From contig NC_089433.1 of the NCBI RefSeq assembly GCF_026210795.1, positions 3,224,001-3,288,000 on the forward strand: DNA of 64,000 nucleotides, given 5' to 3'. Below, one piece after another: positions 27,635-39,998 of the stretch. Both the position numbers and the translations under genes were made by a program. Below the pieces are notes generated by a model. That model had not been told where the DNA came from. It worked only from the letters and a program-made list of their open reading frames with translations, and did not search any database. Numbering within the stretch: position 1 is the stretch's first letter; each line of letters opens with the position of its first letter. The DNA is from Rhizophagus irregularis (Eukaryota).

Positions 27635-27944
27635 AAAAGTATAACGTAATTAGGTATAAAGAATAAGCAATTTATAAATGTAAACGGTAAATTTGTAAAA
27701 AAAAAATATTTCCTTGAACTAATATTTTCTTAATATTCATATTAAAAATATATTTACAAAATAAATAAGTAAAATAACAGAAAATTTTTTATGAAATATA
27801 AAATTCGCTAAAACAAGACGTTGAACAATATCTAAATAATCAATGAGTTGTTCGATCCAATAAACAAGACATTAAACAATGCTTAAATGATCAACAGGTT
27901 GTTCAATATTTAAATAGTAATGATTATCACATTGTTTAATACAT

Positions 27945-28793
27945 TAAAATTTCCGTCTTTTATCAATGGATTTATTTACGTTTTCTTAATATCCTGATGT
28001 AGGCGAATATGGCAGGGGTCTTTATAATATTCCACTGGTAATAAAAAAAAATATATTAATATATTATTAAAATCAAAAAGTATAAATCTAAAAATCTTAC
28101 CTAAAAAAAAATTTTTGAATTAATTGTGTTGGTTGTATATAAAAAAAATTTTTGAATTAATTGTGTTGGTTGTATATAATCTTCTTTAAACGGAGGTGTG
28201 ACCCGATCATTAGTACAATTTGTCGATGTTCCATGGATTGGTCCCCAACACTTTATACAAATATTCTGAAGTTCTTGTGCTGTAAAAATTATATTCGGAC
28301 AATTTCTGAATCCATGTCCGTAATATAGGCAAATATGGCAGGGATCTCTATAAAATTCCACTGGTAAAATCCAGTTGGTTGTCGGTCAAATTTTTATATC
28401 TTTCGCCGAATAAAGTTGTACTGGTGGTGGAGATGATGATGGCGGAGGCGGAGATGATGATGATGATGACGGAGATGAAGATGGTGGAGATGATGATGAG
28501 GGCAACGATGATAATGATGATGATAATATTGAAGGTGGTGGTGACGATGACGTAAATGATGTCGGTGGTGATGATGATGATATTGACGTTTTTACCATGC
28601 ATAATAACTCATGTATTGTTTTATCCTGATTACAAGTTAATTCATTTATCGTGTCATTTTGAGTGCGTGTTAATTCAACTAAAAAATTTGATAGATTAGT
28701 GATGACTCCAAAGCTTTTATCGATATTATTGAGTATATCTTTTGTAGTAACGTTATTTTCTATGACTGAAAAACTTTCGTTATCTTCAGTCAT
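27945..28793 (-). pseudogene. Ser/Pro-rich protein with two CCHC zinc knuckles
   Basis: ORF 28793-28386 continues in frame past one TGA (KDIKI*PTTNWILPVEFYRDPCHICLYYGHGFRNC...CIKCWGPIHGTSTNC). A 38-bp tandem duplication lies at 28103-28178. Confidence 0.65.
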
Positions 28794-29579
28794 TTTTGTA
28801 AAAAAGCTTGGTGAATAAAAGAGTACTTAGTGTGAGTAAAAAAAAATTTGCGTGAAAAAAAGTATTTAAAAAAAAAAATTTGCGTATTTAAATAATGTGT
28901 GAAAATTTACTTGGTTCTAATACTTAAATAGAAGTTGATCTGCTTATCTTAAGGCTTTTTACTCATTCTGGTATTTAAGCTTTTTGGTAGTAGTTTTTTT
29001 AATACTTAATTAGAAATCAACCAGCTTATCTTGAGGCTTTTTACTTGTTCTGGTATTTAGATGTTTATTTTTGACTGTAAAACTACCATTCTAATAGGAA
29101 AAATTTTTTTACTGCATTTCTTACGTTAAATGCTAAATATTTAATAATCTTCATTGCTTAAAAATGGTTTGTAATACCAAAATTACCCAATAAATTGATA
29201 TTTAAGTTATTTAAGTCTACATTTGTTTTACTTTATTAATTTCTCATTCACATAGTAATTTTTAATATTAAATAAGGTAAAACAAAAGTTAATTTACTGG
29301 ACACCATGTTAAAATCGTCATACGATTTGCATAATATCGACCATAAACAGTCTAAAATTTAAAAATCACAAGCCATAAATCAAATAAATTGCGTAAAATT
29401 GCGTAATATAGCATAGCCTATCTAAGAAATCAGTAGCACATAAATCAAATAAAGTCATATAGGAAAATTAATTGCGTAATATAGCATAGGCTATCTAAGA
29501 AATCAGTAACACAATATTTATGATCAAATGTTAGTATTTATGGATATTATTAATTTTTATGTAGTCATTCTCTTCAAAA

Positions 29580-29870
29580 TGAATTAGAAGAAATTATGAT
29601 TGAACTAGAATTAATTATTTGATGGTATGTACTGTAAATAGTTTGATAAAAATATATGTATTTTTGGCTTATGCATATATCTAATTATCCATTAGTTAAA
29701 GAAGATAATATAAGACTTTTGTCATTTTTGGGAAATGAATCTCATGAGTTTATTGATGTATGTGCTATTGACCATTGTGTAGGATTTATTAAAATTAATT
29801 AAACTTACTATATAATAGATAAAGAAGAACTAAATAATGATTTAGATGAATGGAAAAATTTTTTTTTTAA
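29580..29870 (+). pseudogene. Remnant of a CACTA transposase C-terminus
   Basis: HEFIDVCAIDHCVGFIKIN*TYYIIDKE aligns by eye with the last exon of the 32328 transposase (LQYVEVIGIDRNIGFFEV...YYIIDK). Confidence 0.5.
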
Positions 29871-30160
29871 AATACATAATATATGAAATAATGATCTAAT
29901 ATAAAATAAAAATTAAATAGAATTCAATACTAAATGATTGCTTGAATTAAAAAAAAGAGCGAAAAAAAATATTTATTTATAATATGATCTGACCCTATAT
30001 CACTATTTTCAAAATAGTGTGAGACTAAAATCGGGTGAAAAACTGGATGAAAACTGGTATTTAAATATACAGATGATCAAGTATTTTTTTTTAATATGTC
30101 AGAGTGGCACAAAGCCAACCAATTCGTATAATTACTAGAAAAAACGGGAAACTGATTAAG

Positions 30161-30274
30161 CCCATCATAAAAAAATTTTTATCTGAATATTTCCATTATT
30201 CCTCTGTAATTCCATAAAAATTCTGTGATAACATGAAACGATAAAACACGGATCAACATTTTTTTTTACATGGG
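30161..30274. mobile_element. Internally deleted, degenerate copy of the CCCTRTA MITE family
   Basis: Matches both ends of 58814-59013 (AAAAATTTTTATCYGAATATTTCCATTATT...GATAAAACACGGATCA) with the middle missing. Confidence 0.7.
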
Positions 30275-30364
30275 GCTTCTTTAATGAGATTAGATAGATT
30301 GGTTTATATAAATTTATATAATTCTGTGATACTGCTTTAGCTAATTTAGTATTAATTAAGGTTT

Positions 30365-30595
30365 TAATTTAAAAATTAAGCAGTATCAAGGAAAATTCTC
30401 GCAAATTTTTCTTGATACTGCCTATTTTTAAAGTTTAAAGACCGATTAGTAACGAATTTAAGAAAAATTCTCACGAATTTTTCTTGATACCGCTTATTTT
30501 TAAAGTTTAAATAAATTGAAATTACGATTTTTTAAGAAAAATTCTCGCGAATTTTTCTTGATACCGCTTATTTTTAAAGTTTAAAGACCGTAAAA
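30365..30595. repeat. Palindromic subterminal-type repeat array (left)
   Basis: Units of about 70 bp containing AAGAAAAATTCTCGCGAATTTTTCTT; inverted relative to the arrays at 35870-36530 and 45200-45660. Confidence 0.75.
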
Positions 30596-31634
30596 AACTA
30601 AATATAGTGCATGTGATATTTAACCTCATTCCTTTTTTACATCAGCTCATGATTTAAACTTATTATAAATAGCAAAGCGTGATACTGTTAAGAATTTGGT
30701 CGATTTATTATTATACGATTGAGGTTGTGAACGGGATCTCAGCCATCTTTTATGAGTCAATTAAATTCAAATCTTTTGACGCCACCAGTTCATTTGATTA
30801 GATTTTATAAAAAATTTGTTTATTATTATTTATTGTATATTTTATGCTGTACATATCCGGATGTAAACTAAAAATATTTGTTTTAATATTTTAAAATAAT
30901 AACGGATTAATTAATTAACAATAATAAAAAATTTAATCAAATTATTTAATTTAATGATCAAGGCTTTTAATAATCAAGGCTTTTTAATGATCAAGGCTTT
31001 TTAACGGTCAAAGCTTTTAATAAACACGGCTTAATTTTAATTAAACATCCTTATTAGATTACAGATTTCTTCTTTTCGATGATACATATGGTACCTTCAG
31101 ATATTGTTTTTCGAATGTTAAAGCTAAGAAATCCGGATCTCAGCCCATCATCTATCTATCTATCTAATTAAAAAAATTTTGTCATATTTAGATTACCCGG
31201 TATAAATAATTTGAATTGTGTAATATTGAAAAGTGTGATATTCTTGCGTTCAATCTATTTCGTAATTATCATATCATAATTAACTAACTACGATAGCCAA
31301 TCTTTAAACTAATACATTTATAGTTAATTAAAATTTTAACTGGATTTTAATACTAACAAAAAAAAAGTATAATTTCTCTTATGCATTTATTTGCGGTCAT
31401 TTCCACTCTTTTAGTTACCACGAACCATTTCTATAATAATAATTTTTACTAAAAAACCGAAACTACCTTTTTAGTCTTTTTTTTATTAATTTTTTATCCC
31501 TCTTTTTATCATTATTGTTTCTTTTGGTTAACTTAACCAAAATTTTTTTATTCTTATTGGATTTTTTTTTAGGGGTTTTTTTTTAATCGGAATTTATCAA
31601 AATTTTGGATTTTTTTTTTAACCCAAAAAATATA

Positions 31635-31834
31635 CCCTGTAAAAAATCTGATCCGTGTTTTATCTTTCCATATTTTTTTCCGTGAATACATCATTTTAAT
31701 GGAATTTATAGCCTTAAATCATGGAAATTTTCATCTCGCTAACACGGATATCCGTGAATGTATCATTTTCACAGAATTTTTACGGAAGACATGAAGAAAT
31801 AATGGAAATATTCGGATAAAAATTTTTTATAGGG
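31635..31834. mobile_element. 200-bp MITE, CACTA/EnSpm-like
   Basis: TIRs CCCTGTAAAAAA / TTTTTTATAGGG; 3-bp TSD ATA; near-identical inverted copy at 58814-59013. Confidence 0.88.
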
Positions 31835-32327
31835 ATAGTTTATTCTTTTTTTTGGTTTAGGTTAAGACTATAGAACTATGTCCTACGGCTTTTTGTGAGA
31901 TTTTTTTTAGTCAATGATATTGTTCTGACTAATAAATTCGTGTGAAAATTTTTTTTTTAGTGAGAATTTTTGATTTAGTGAGAACTTTTTCTGTTTATTG
32001 AGATTTTTTTTTCGATTTAATGAGAATTTTTTTTATGAGATTGATTTTTTCAATATTATTTCTGACTAATAAATTTGTGAAAAATTTTTTTGATATTAAC
32101 GAATTTTTTTTGTGAGATTGTTTATAATTATATAGATATTTTGTATTAAATCAATAATAAATTTTTTGATAAATCTATATAACTAAAAAAACTATATAAC
32201 TAAAAAAATTTGTCTGACGTTTGGACTAGTTTTATTTGATTATATATAGATTGAAATTCGAAGAAAATAGTACCAACAAAACTTTTTTATTAAAAGTCCA
32301 AAATACATATATATTTTATTAATAAGT

Positions 32328-35300
32328 ATGCCTTTGTGTACGTGTACTCACTGTAAAGCTTTAACAAATGGTATTGGAAAAGAAATTCATAGAACAACAG
32401 TAATTCGTCATATGAAAAAAGAACAAGAGGAGCAAGAACTAGAAAATGCATACCAAAGTCTTCATTCTGAAGAAAATTATTTTGAAGAAAATGAAGAAAA
32501 TGAAGAAGAAAACTCATATGAAGAACGCTCATCTCCTATGGAAATATCGGAAATATCTGACAATGAAGAAATTCTTATAGAGGAAGAAAATCTTACTACC
32601 TTACATAATGATGAGGCTTCTATAGAAATTCTCTCCAATTTTCAAGATGAGGATGAGGAAATTGATGATTACTATCATGAAAGCGATGACTTAAACCATT
32701 ATGATTCTCAAAGTGAATTAGAGTTTAATACCTCTGATGATAAAGAAGGTGAATTTCGAAATAATTATAATAATATTTTAAATTAGTAATTTACCAACTT
32801 TTTTTAGATAATACGACTTTTTCTAATGAATTGTTCGAAGGATTAAGGCTTTTATATGTGAAATCGAATTTTAATTTTTCTGAAGCAGCATTTAATAATA
32901 TATATAAAGCCTTCAATAGAAATAAAATAAGTTTTAATAAAGTAAAAAGAAAGCTTGGTTCAATAGTAGGAATTGAACCAAAAATATACGATATGTGCGT
33001 TAATTCATGTTGTGCATTCGTAGGAGTTTTAGAAAATGAAACAAAATGTAAATTTTGTAAGGAGGATCGATATTATAGTAATGGTAAAGCGAGAAAAAAT
33101 CTACCTTTTATTTCTATAATTGAGCGTTTAAAGCTTCAATTTAAAAACCCTGAAAGATCAAAAGAACTATTATATAGGCACAATTATACTTGTAATAAAG
33201 GAGAATTTGCTCATAATAACATAGGTGACATCTTTGATGGACAGATTTATCAAGAATTATTAAATGACGAATATTTTCCTGATCCAAGAGACATCGCATT
33301 TACTGCATCTTGCGACGGCTACCAAATATTTCGTCAAAAGACTGATGATTGTTGGGTGTTCCTGTTTCTAAATAATAATTTACCTCAAGAATTAAGAGTA
33401 AAGAAAGAAAATTTAATGGTAACTTTAATAATCCCGGGGCCAAAACAACCTCAAGATTTTAATTCATTTCTCTATCCATTAATTCAAGAAATGAAATCCT
33501 TACAAGGTATATTTTAAATAAATGGTACATAATAAATGTAATATTTATTAATAATATTTTTAATATTTACAGATGGAATCTCTTGTTACGATGGTAACAA
33601 AGAGGAACAGTTTACTCTACGTGCTCACATTCTGGCTTGGACCGGCGATATCCCTGCCCTTTCAAAGGTTCTATGTTTAACAGGACATAATTCATAGTAC
33701 TCAGGTTGCAGATTTTGTAATCTTCGAGGGACTTTAAATGAAACGAATAGACATGTGTATTATCCATTGCAACAAAATATTGATCCTAAACGATTACCAA
33801 TTCGAACACATGATGAAATACTGAATAGCACAAATCAAATAGAACGTCTGGAGGGAGATCGTAGAGAAACTTATATACGTGACTGCGGTTGGTCCAATAT
33901 TTTAAAATAAAAATAAATTCTTAGTAATTAATTTTCTCAATTTTAAAAATTTTTTGTTTATTAAAAAAAATTAGGAATTAAAGGAAAGAGTATTTTATTT
34001 GTTTTATCTTCTATAAATTTTCCACGTTCATTTCCAGTAGATATAATGCACCTTTTTTTCGAAAATGTTGCACCCCATATGTTTCGACATTGGATAGGAA
34101 AATTCTATCCAAAAAATAATGAATGGAACTCAAATGAATATACAATAAGTTCTAAAACATGGGTTGAAATTGGTGAAATCATGGAACAAAGTAGATCTCA
34201 TATGCCACCTGATATTGGACGTCCTCCACGCAATATCGTTAAACATTCAGCTGGGTTTAAAGCTGTAGAGTGGGCTAATTGGATCATTTTATTCTTTTTA
34301 CCATTACCTAAAAGGGCGATTGCCGCAAAGGTAATAAAAAAAATCAAATTGTTGGCAGATAAAATAATAAAAAGTCTGCTGATAACATTATTTAACTTAA
34401 AATAATAGTAACCTCTTAGGATGGTCAAGATTTGTTGAAGCTGTCAAGTTATGCATTCAACCTCTAATAGAATTTGAAGAGCTAGATTTAATTCGAAATT
34501 TATTAATAGAATTTTACAATCATTATGCAAAGTAATTTTCTTATGAAATTTATATATGCCTTTTTCTTTAAACGATATTTTAATTGATCACGTGAATTTT
34601 TTTGTGCAATAGTTCATATGGCGTTGGAGGAGAAAGATTACCAGCATTTTTAATTTCTTTTCATTATTTATTACATGTAATAGATTCGATTGAAGACTTT
34701 GGCCCTTGTCGTGGATTTTGGCAGTTTCCGATGGAGAGGTTTTGTGGAATGTTAATTCCACTTGTTAGCTCTCGAAAACTACCATATGTGAATTTGTTTA
34801 ATAATGTGTTGATGCAAGAAAGATTTAAGTATCTGCAACTTTTACCAATATATAATGAAAAAGTTTTTTCCAATTTTAAAGAAAAAGAAAAAAAACATGG
34901 CCGGTGCATAGAGTATATTCTAATGAATTATATGTTCACGAATACGAATTTTATTCACCATTTGTTAATTGTGTATTAACAAAAAATGAAGTCATAAAGT
35001 TAAAGCAATGTTATGCAGCTATATTTCAAAAGAATACTAGCGAAATTACGGTGATTTTATATTATAACTCACATAATAATATGTATAAGAATATTCTTTT
35101 TTAAAAAAAATAATATATAATTTTTTTTATATAGGACATTAAAGAAAACTATGCTAAGTATGGAAAACTTCGTACAAAGGATGGTAATATTATATCATCT
35201 AAGTGGTGGAAAAAAGAAAATGATAGTAGTCGAAATGATTTTTGCGTCGCTGTAAGAAATAAATACCGTATTCATCCGAAAATAAGCAACAACTTTTTCA

Positions 35301-35779
35301 TGTAATGCAGGCCAAGATTTTGTAATGCAGGCCAAAAAATGCCATAATTCCGCCCATGTTGCTTATTTTTGGGGGTTGCTTATTTTCCGATGTATACGGT
35401 ATATTAATTATTATTATTGTTTCATTATATATTCAAAATTCAAAATATTAATAAGATAATTTTATTATATAGATTAATTTAACTGTTGATTTACAAGAAA
35501 GAAATTACCGTGCTCCTCTAAATTTGAGAGAAGAACAAATTTTTGGACAAATTGAATATTTTATGGTTCATGAATTTCAAAATCAAGAGCGAATGTTTGC
35601 ATATATTTGAAAAATCAAAAAATTAGAGAAAAATAGTAGTGTGAATTTAAAATTTTTTGATAGTTTTGGTCCTTTACAATATGTGGAAGTAATTGGTATT
35701 GATAGAAATATCGGATTTTTTGAAGTACTCCTTGAAAAAAAAATATTATTATATAATAGATAAATATGAAAATTGGTAA
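32328..35779 (+). pseudogene. CACTA/En-Spm transposase (Transposase_21/TnpD-like)
   Basis: N-terminal CxCxxC; YDMCVNSCCAF..C.FC; DIFDGQIY; SCDGYQIF; NNNLP...IIPGPKQPQDFNSFLYPLIQE; GDIPA; DIMHLFFEN; GFKAVEW; FHYLLH..WQFPMERFCG. Lesions: TAG at about 33695, frameshifts near 34300, 34490 and 34895, TGA at about 35608. Confidence 0.9.
35266..35399. mobile_element. 134-bp Tc1/mariner-type MITE inside a transposase intron
   Basis: TIR CCGTATTCATCCGAAAATAAGCAAC / GTTGCTTATTTTCCGATGTATACGG, flanked on both sides by TA. Confidence 0.85.
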
Positions 35780-35869
35780 TAAAAACCTTTACCTTGAAAA
35801 TTCATATTATTAATTCTCTAATAAATAAGAAATATTTGCTTAAATTTTTTTTTCTTTGAATTTACATAA

Positions 35870-36530
35870 ATAAGAAATTCTCGCGAATTTTTCTTAGTGA
35901 TCGCGATTAGTAAATTCGCGAATTTTTCTTAGTGATCGTGATTTAAATTTACTAATCGGTCTTTAAACTTTAAAATAAGCAGTATCAAGAAAAATTCGCA
36001 AGAATTTTTCTTAAAAAATCGTGATTTCAATTTATTTAAACTTTAAAATAAGCGGTATCAAGAAAAATTCGCAAGAATTTTTCTTAAAATCGTGATTTTA
36101 GTTTACTAATTGGTCTTTAAACTTTAAAAATAAGCAGTATCAAGAAAAATTCGCAAGAATTTTTCTTGAAATCGTGATTTTTAGTTTACCGTATACGGAA
36201 TTTATTTTTATTTTTTTTTTTTACCGTATACGGAATTTAATATGGAATTTATTTATTTTTTTTTTTAATACGGAATTTATAAAAACGTATATCAAATATA
36301 TATAAAACGTATCATTTCCATATACAGATTTCTTATAGTTTGAACTTAAAATAATCAGACCTAAAAATTCAACGATATTAAGGAAAATACTCGTGAATTT
36401 TCTTAACAATAGAACTTTAAAGATTAATAATCATGACTTTAATTTACCAATCAGATTTTGAACTTTAAAATTAAGCAGTATTAAGAAAAATTCTTGTGAA
36501 TTTTCCTTACTAATCAGGGTTTGAAGTTTA
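35870..36530. repeat. Palindromic subterminal-type repeat array (inverted relative to 30365-30595)
   Basis: Units TTTAAACTTTAAAAATAAGCRGTATCAAGAAAAATTCGCAAGAATTTTTCTT. Confidence 0.75.
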
Positions 36531-37459
36531 AATTAAAAATTCTTTTGTAAATTTGACGATTTTCAAATATCGATTATTAGAGGAGCGTCTTTATATTAGT
36601 TTAATCAAAAATCAATTTATCATAGATGGAATTGAAATTATTATATTTATATTAAAATTTATGGTTAAAATTTAATAGAATAAAGAAATAAAAGATAAAA
36701 CGAATGAAAAAACGAATATAAAAATTTATTATTAGTTTAATTAAAAATCAATCATCAGCAAGTTTTAAACAGGCATATAAAGTGTTGAAAAACACCATGT
36801 GTTGCTCAACGCCAAAAAACGTAGGGAAACGAACCCTTTGTCAATCAACACCACTTAAAAATGTTTAAAAACGTGTAAAACAACACCCATTTAAGTGTAA
36901 AGCTACACATAGTAAAACAACGATAGTTTAAAAACGCGTATACAATGTATAAAAACGCGTATATTGATATTAAAAACACGTATAGCAACGGTAGCAATGG
37001 TATTTTTTAGTCATCGTACGATAGTTAACTTTAATTGTAGTATTAGTAATTTATTAACATATATATTATTGTATATTATTAACGTGTATATTTTAAAATT
37101 TTTAAATTGTAAAACATTGTAAATTTATTTATAGAATACAGTACAATACAAATACAATATCTAATCATGTAAAATTGTAAAAATTCATCCTCTTGTTATA
37201 ATTGGATTGCCGCGGATTTTTAAGCGATCAACGTACTAAAATTCCGTTGACATAGCGCCCCTGGTGACACAACCATAACAAGGTGGAAATATGAACTTTC
37301 CCTCGATAATTATATTAATATTATGCTCCTTCATGATAAAAATCAAAACCAAATCTCGTCGTATGTGTCTTAACAACATCAAGTGGTTTAATATTCACAT
37401 TGAGGATTGAGGAATTATCTTCCATTATTCATTCGCTCAAGGGTCGAAATAACCATCAA

Positions 37460-39900
37460 GCTGACCTACAAAAGAAAAATCCAGAGCGCCGAAAAGAAAA
37501 TCTAGGCCTACAAAAAAAAGAGAAACGTTCAGTTAGAACGTTTCTTAAAGAATAAAATTAAAAAAAATAATTAAAAAAATGTAAGTTTCGAATATCGAAA
37601 CTTACCATATCAGCATATCCAAGTCCCAAAGCCAAAAGAATCGATACCTACAAAAAGAAAAGAGAAAATTAAAAAAAAATAAAAAAAATAAAAATAAAAA
37701 ACGTGTTTTATTCAAAACTTACTGATTCTTTAGGTTTTCCGTTCTTCGGAAGCCCACCCGAACCTATAAAAAAAAATACAAGAACGGTTAGTTAACCGTT
37801 CTTAATAATAAAAAAATAAAAAAAAGTTAAGATTCGTACCATACCTTACGAATCTTTGGGTTTTCCGTTCTTGGGAAGCCCACCCGAACCTATAAAAGAA
37901 AAAAGAAAGAACGGTTAGTAAACCGTTCATAATAATAAACAAAGAAAGAAAAAAATAAAGATTCTTACGAATCTTTGGGTTTTTCCGTTCTTGGGAAGCC
38001 CACCCGAACCTATAAAAGAAAAGAAAGGAACGGTTAGTAAACCGTTCCAAAATATTAAAAAAAACAAAAACCAAAATTCGTACTTGTACTTACGAATCTT
38101 GGTTCTCCCGTTTGTCCGAAGTCCACCCGAACCTAAAAAAGAAAGGAACGGTTATTAGTAACCGTTCATAATATTAAAAAAAAAAAATAAAAAAAACAAA
38201 ACCAAGATTTGTATATACTTACGAATCTTGGTTCTTTTCCGTTCTTCGGAACCAGGAAGCCGCCCGAAACCTAAAAAATAGAAGTAAAGAACGGTTATTA
38301 GTAACCGTTCATAATATTTTTTTAAAAAAAAAACAAAAAAAAAACAAAACCAAGATTTGTATATACTTACGAATCTTGGTTCTTTTCCGTTCTTCGGAAC
38401 CAGGAAGCCGCCCGAAACCTAAAAAAAGAAAAGAACGGTTATTAGTAACCGTTCATTAATAATATTAAAAAAAAAAGAAAAAAAAAATTAAACCAAGATT
38501 CGTACTTATCTTACGAATCTTGGTTTTCCGTTCTTCAGAACTCAGAAGCCCACCCGCTGACCTAAAGAAGAAAGGAAAAAAAAATGAAAAAAAATTACGA
38601 AACGTTAATAAGCCGTTTCGTTAAAAAATGTAATAAAAAAAAATCGAACGCTTAGCCAACGTTTCGATTAAAGAAAAAAATCAAAAAAGTTTCGAAACGT
38701 TAAAAACGTTTCGTTAAAAATGAAATACAAAAAAATTGGAACGTTAGCCAACGTTCCGATTAAGAAAAATAAAAAAAAAATGTATTTTGAAACGTTAAAA
38801 AGCGTTTCGTTAAAAAAAATGAAAAATAAAAAAATCGGAACGTTAGACAACGTACTGATTAAAGAAGTTAAAAAAAAAAGAATAAATGAAACGTTTTTCA
38901 ACGTTTCGTTAAAAAAGTAAAATAAAAAAATAATCAGAACGCCAATGTTCTGATTAAAAAAATTAAAAAAATTGTTTCGAACGTTAAAAACGTTCCGATT
39001 AAAAAAAAAGAAAAAAAATATTTTCAAACGCTAAAAAACGCTTCGCTAAAAATGAAAAATCGAACGCTTAACCAACGTTCCGATTAAAAAAATAAAACAA
39101 ATATTTCAAACGCTAAAAAACGCTTTCAAAATAATTTTAATGAAAAATCGGAACGCTTAGCCAACGCTCCGATTAAAAAAATGAAAAAACAAATATTTCG
39201 AACGTTGACAACGCTCCGATTAAAAAATAAAACAAATATTTCAAACGTTAAAAAATGTTTCAAAATATTTTAATGAAAAATCGGAACGTTAGCCAACGTT
39301 CGATTAAAGAATTTTTTAAAAAACAATATTTCGAACGCTTTTCAACGTTCCGATTAAAAATGAAGTAAAAAAATTAATCAGAAGCGTTAGCCAGCGTTCC
39401 GATTAAAAGAATTTAAAAAAAAATAATATTTGAACGTTTTTCAACGTTCCGATTAAAAATGAAATAAAAAAAATAATCAGAACGTTAGCCAACGTTCCGA
39501 TTAAAAGAATTTTTAAAAAAAATATTTTGAAACGTTAAAAAACGTTTCGTTAAAAAATGAATAAATAGTTTCGCAACGTTTTGTTGCGAAACTCACCAAA
39601 CTTTTTTCCGTAAAAGGCTCATATCTCTGGAATTAATGACCTTATATTACGGAATTTATCCACTTATTACATTTTCTGTGAATGGATCTGTGAAGGCTCA
39701 TTTTTACGGAGTTTTTATAGAAATAACGGATAAAACTTTTATAAAGGAAAGGGGAGAAAGGGGAGAACGAAAGGGAAAAGAACGAAACGAAAGGGAAGGG
39801 GAGAAATAAAGGGTAATGGGAAAATAAAAGGGAAGGGGAGAACGAAGGGGAGAACGAAGGGGTAATGGGAAAACGAAAGGGAAGGGGAGAACGAAGAAAA
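37460..39900 (-). other. Predicted spliced micro-exon transcript (ncRNA or short basic peptide)
   Basis: Pyrimidine-rich first exon ending at 39597, then exons 38515-38561, 38371-38418, 38223-38270, 38094-38132, 37969-38009, 37850-37889, 37723-37763, 37606-37647, each bounded by TAG and GTAAG. Confidence 0.6.
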
Positions 39901-39902
39901 GC

Positions 39903-39998
39903 AAAAAAAATTAAGCTTTGCTAAAAAAAGCTTAATTTCTTTTTTTGCTATACCGCAGTCCGCAGCGGTAATCCAGTATCACGTGATACATGTGATAT
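39903..39998 (-). promoter_or_regulatory. Conserved palindromic block upstream of the micro-exon array (copy 1)
   Basis: AATTAAGCTTT..AAAGCTTAATT, TACCGC..GCGGTA and TATCACGTGATACATGTGATA; shared with 50088-50202. Confidence 0.55.

Noticed and set aside
37460..39600. CRISPR array
   Set aside because: Eukaryotic context, no cas genes, and the repeats are imperfect and carry spliceosomal signals; reported as a micro-exon array instead.
38668..39904. F/K-rich ORFs 38668-39027, 38720-38920 and 39704-39904
   Set aside because: By-products of low-complexity hairpin repeats and the pyrimidine-rich leader.
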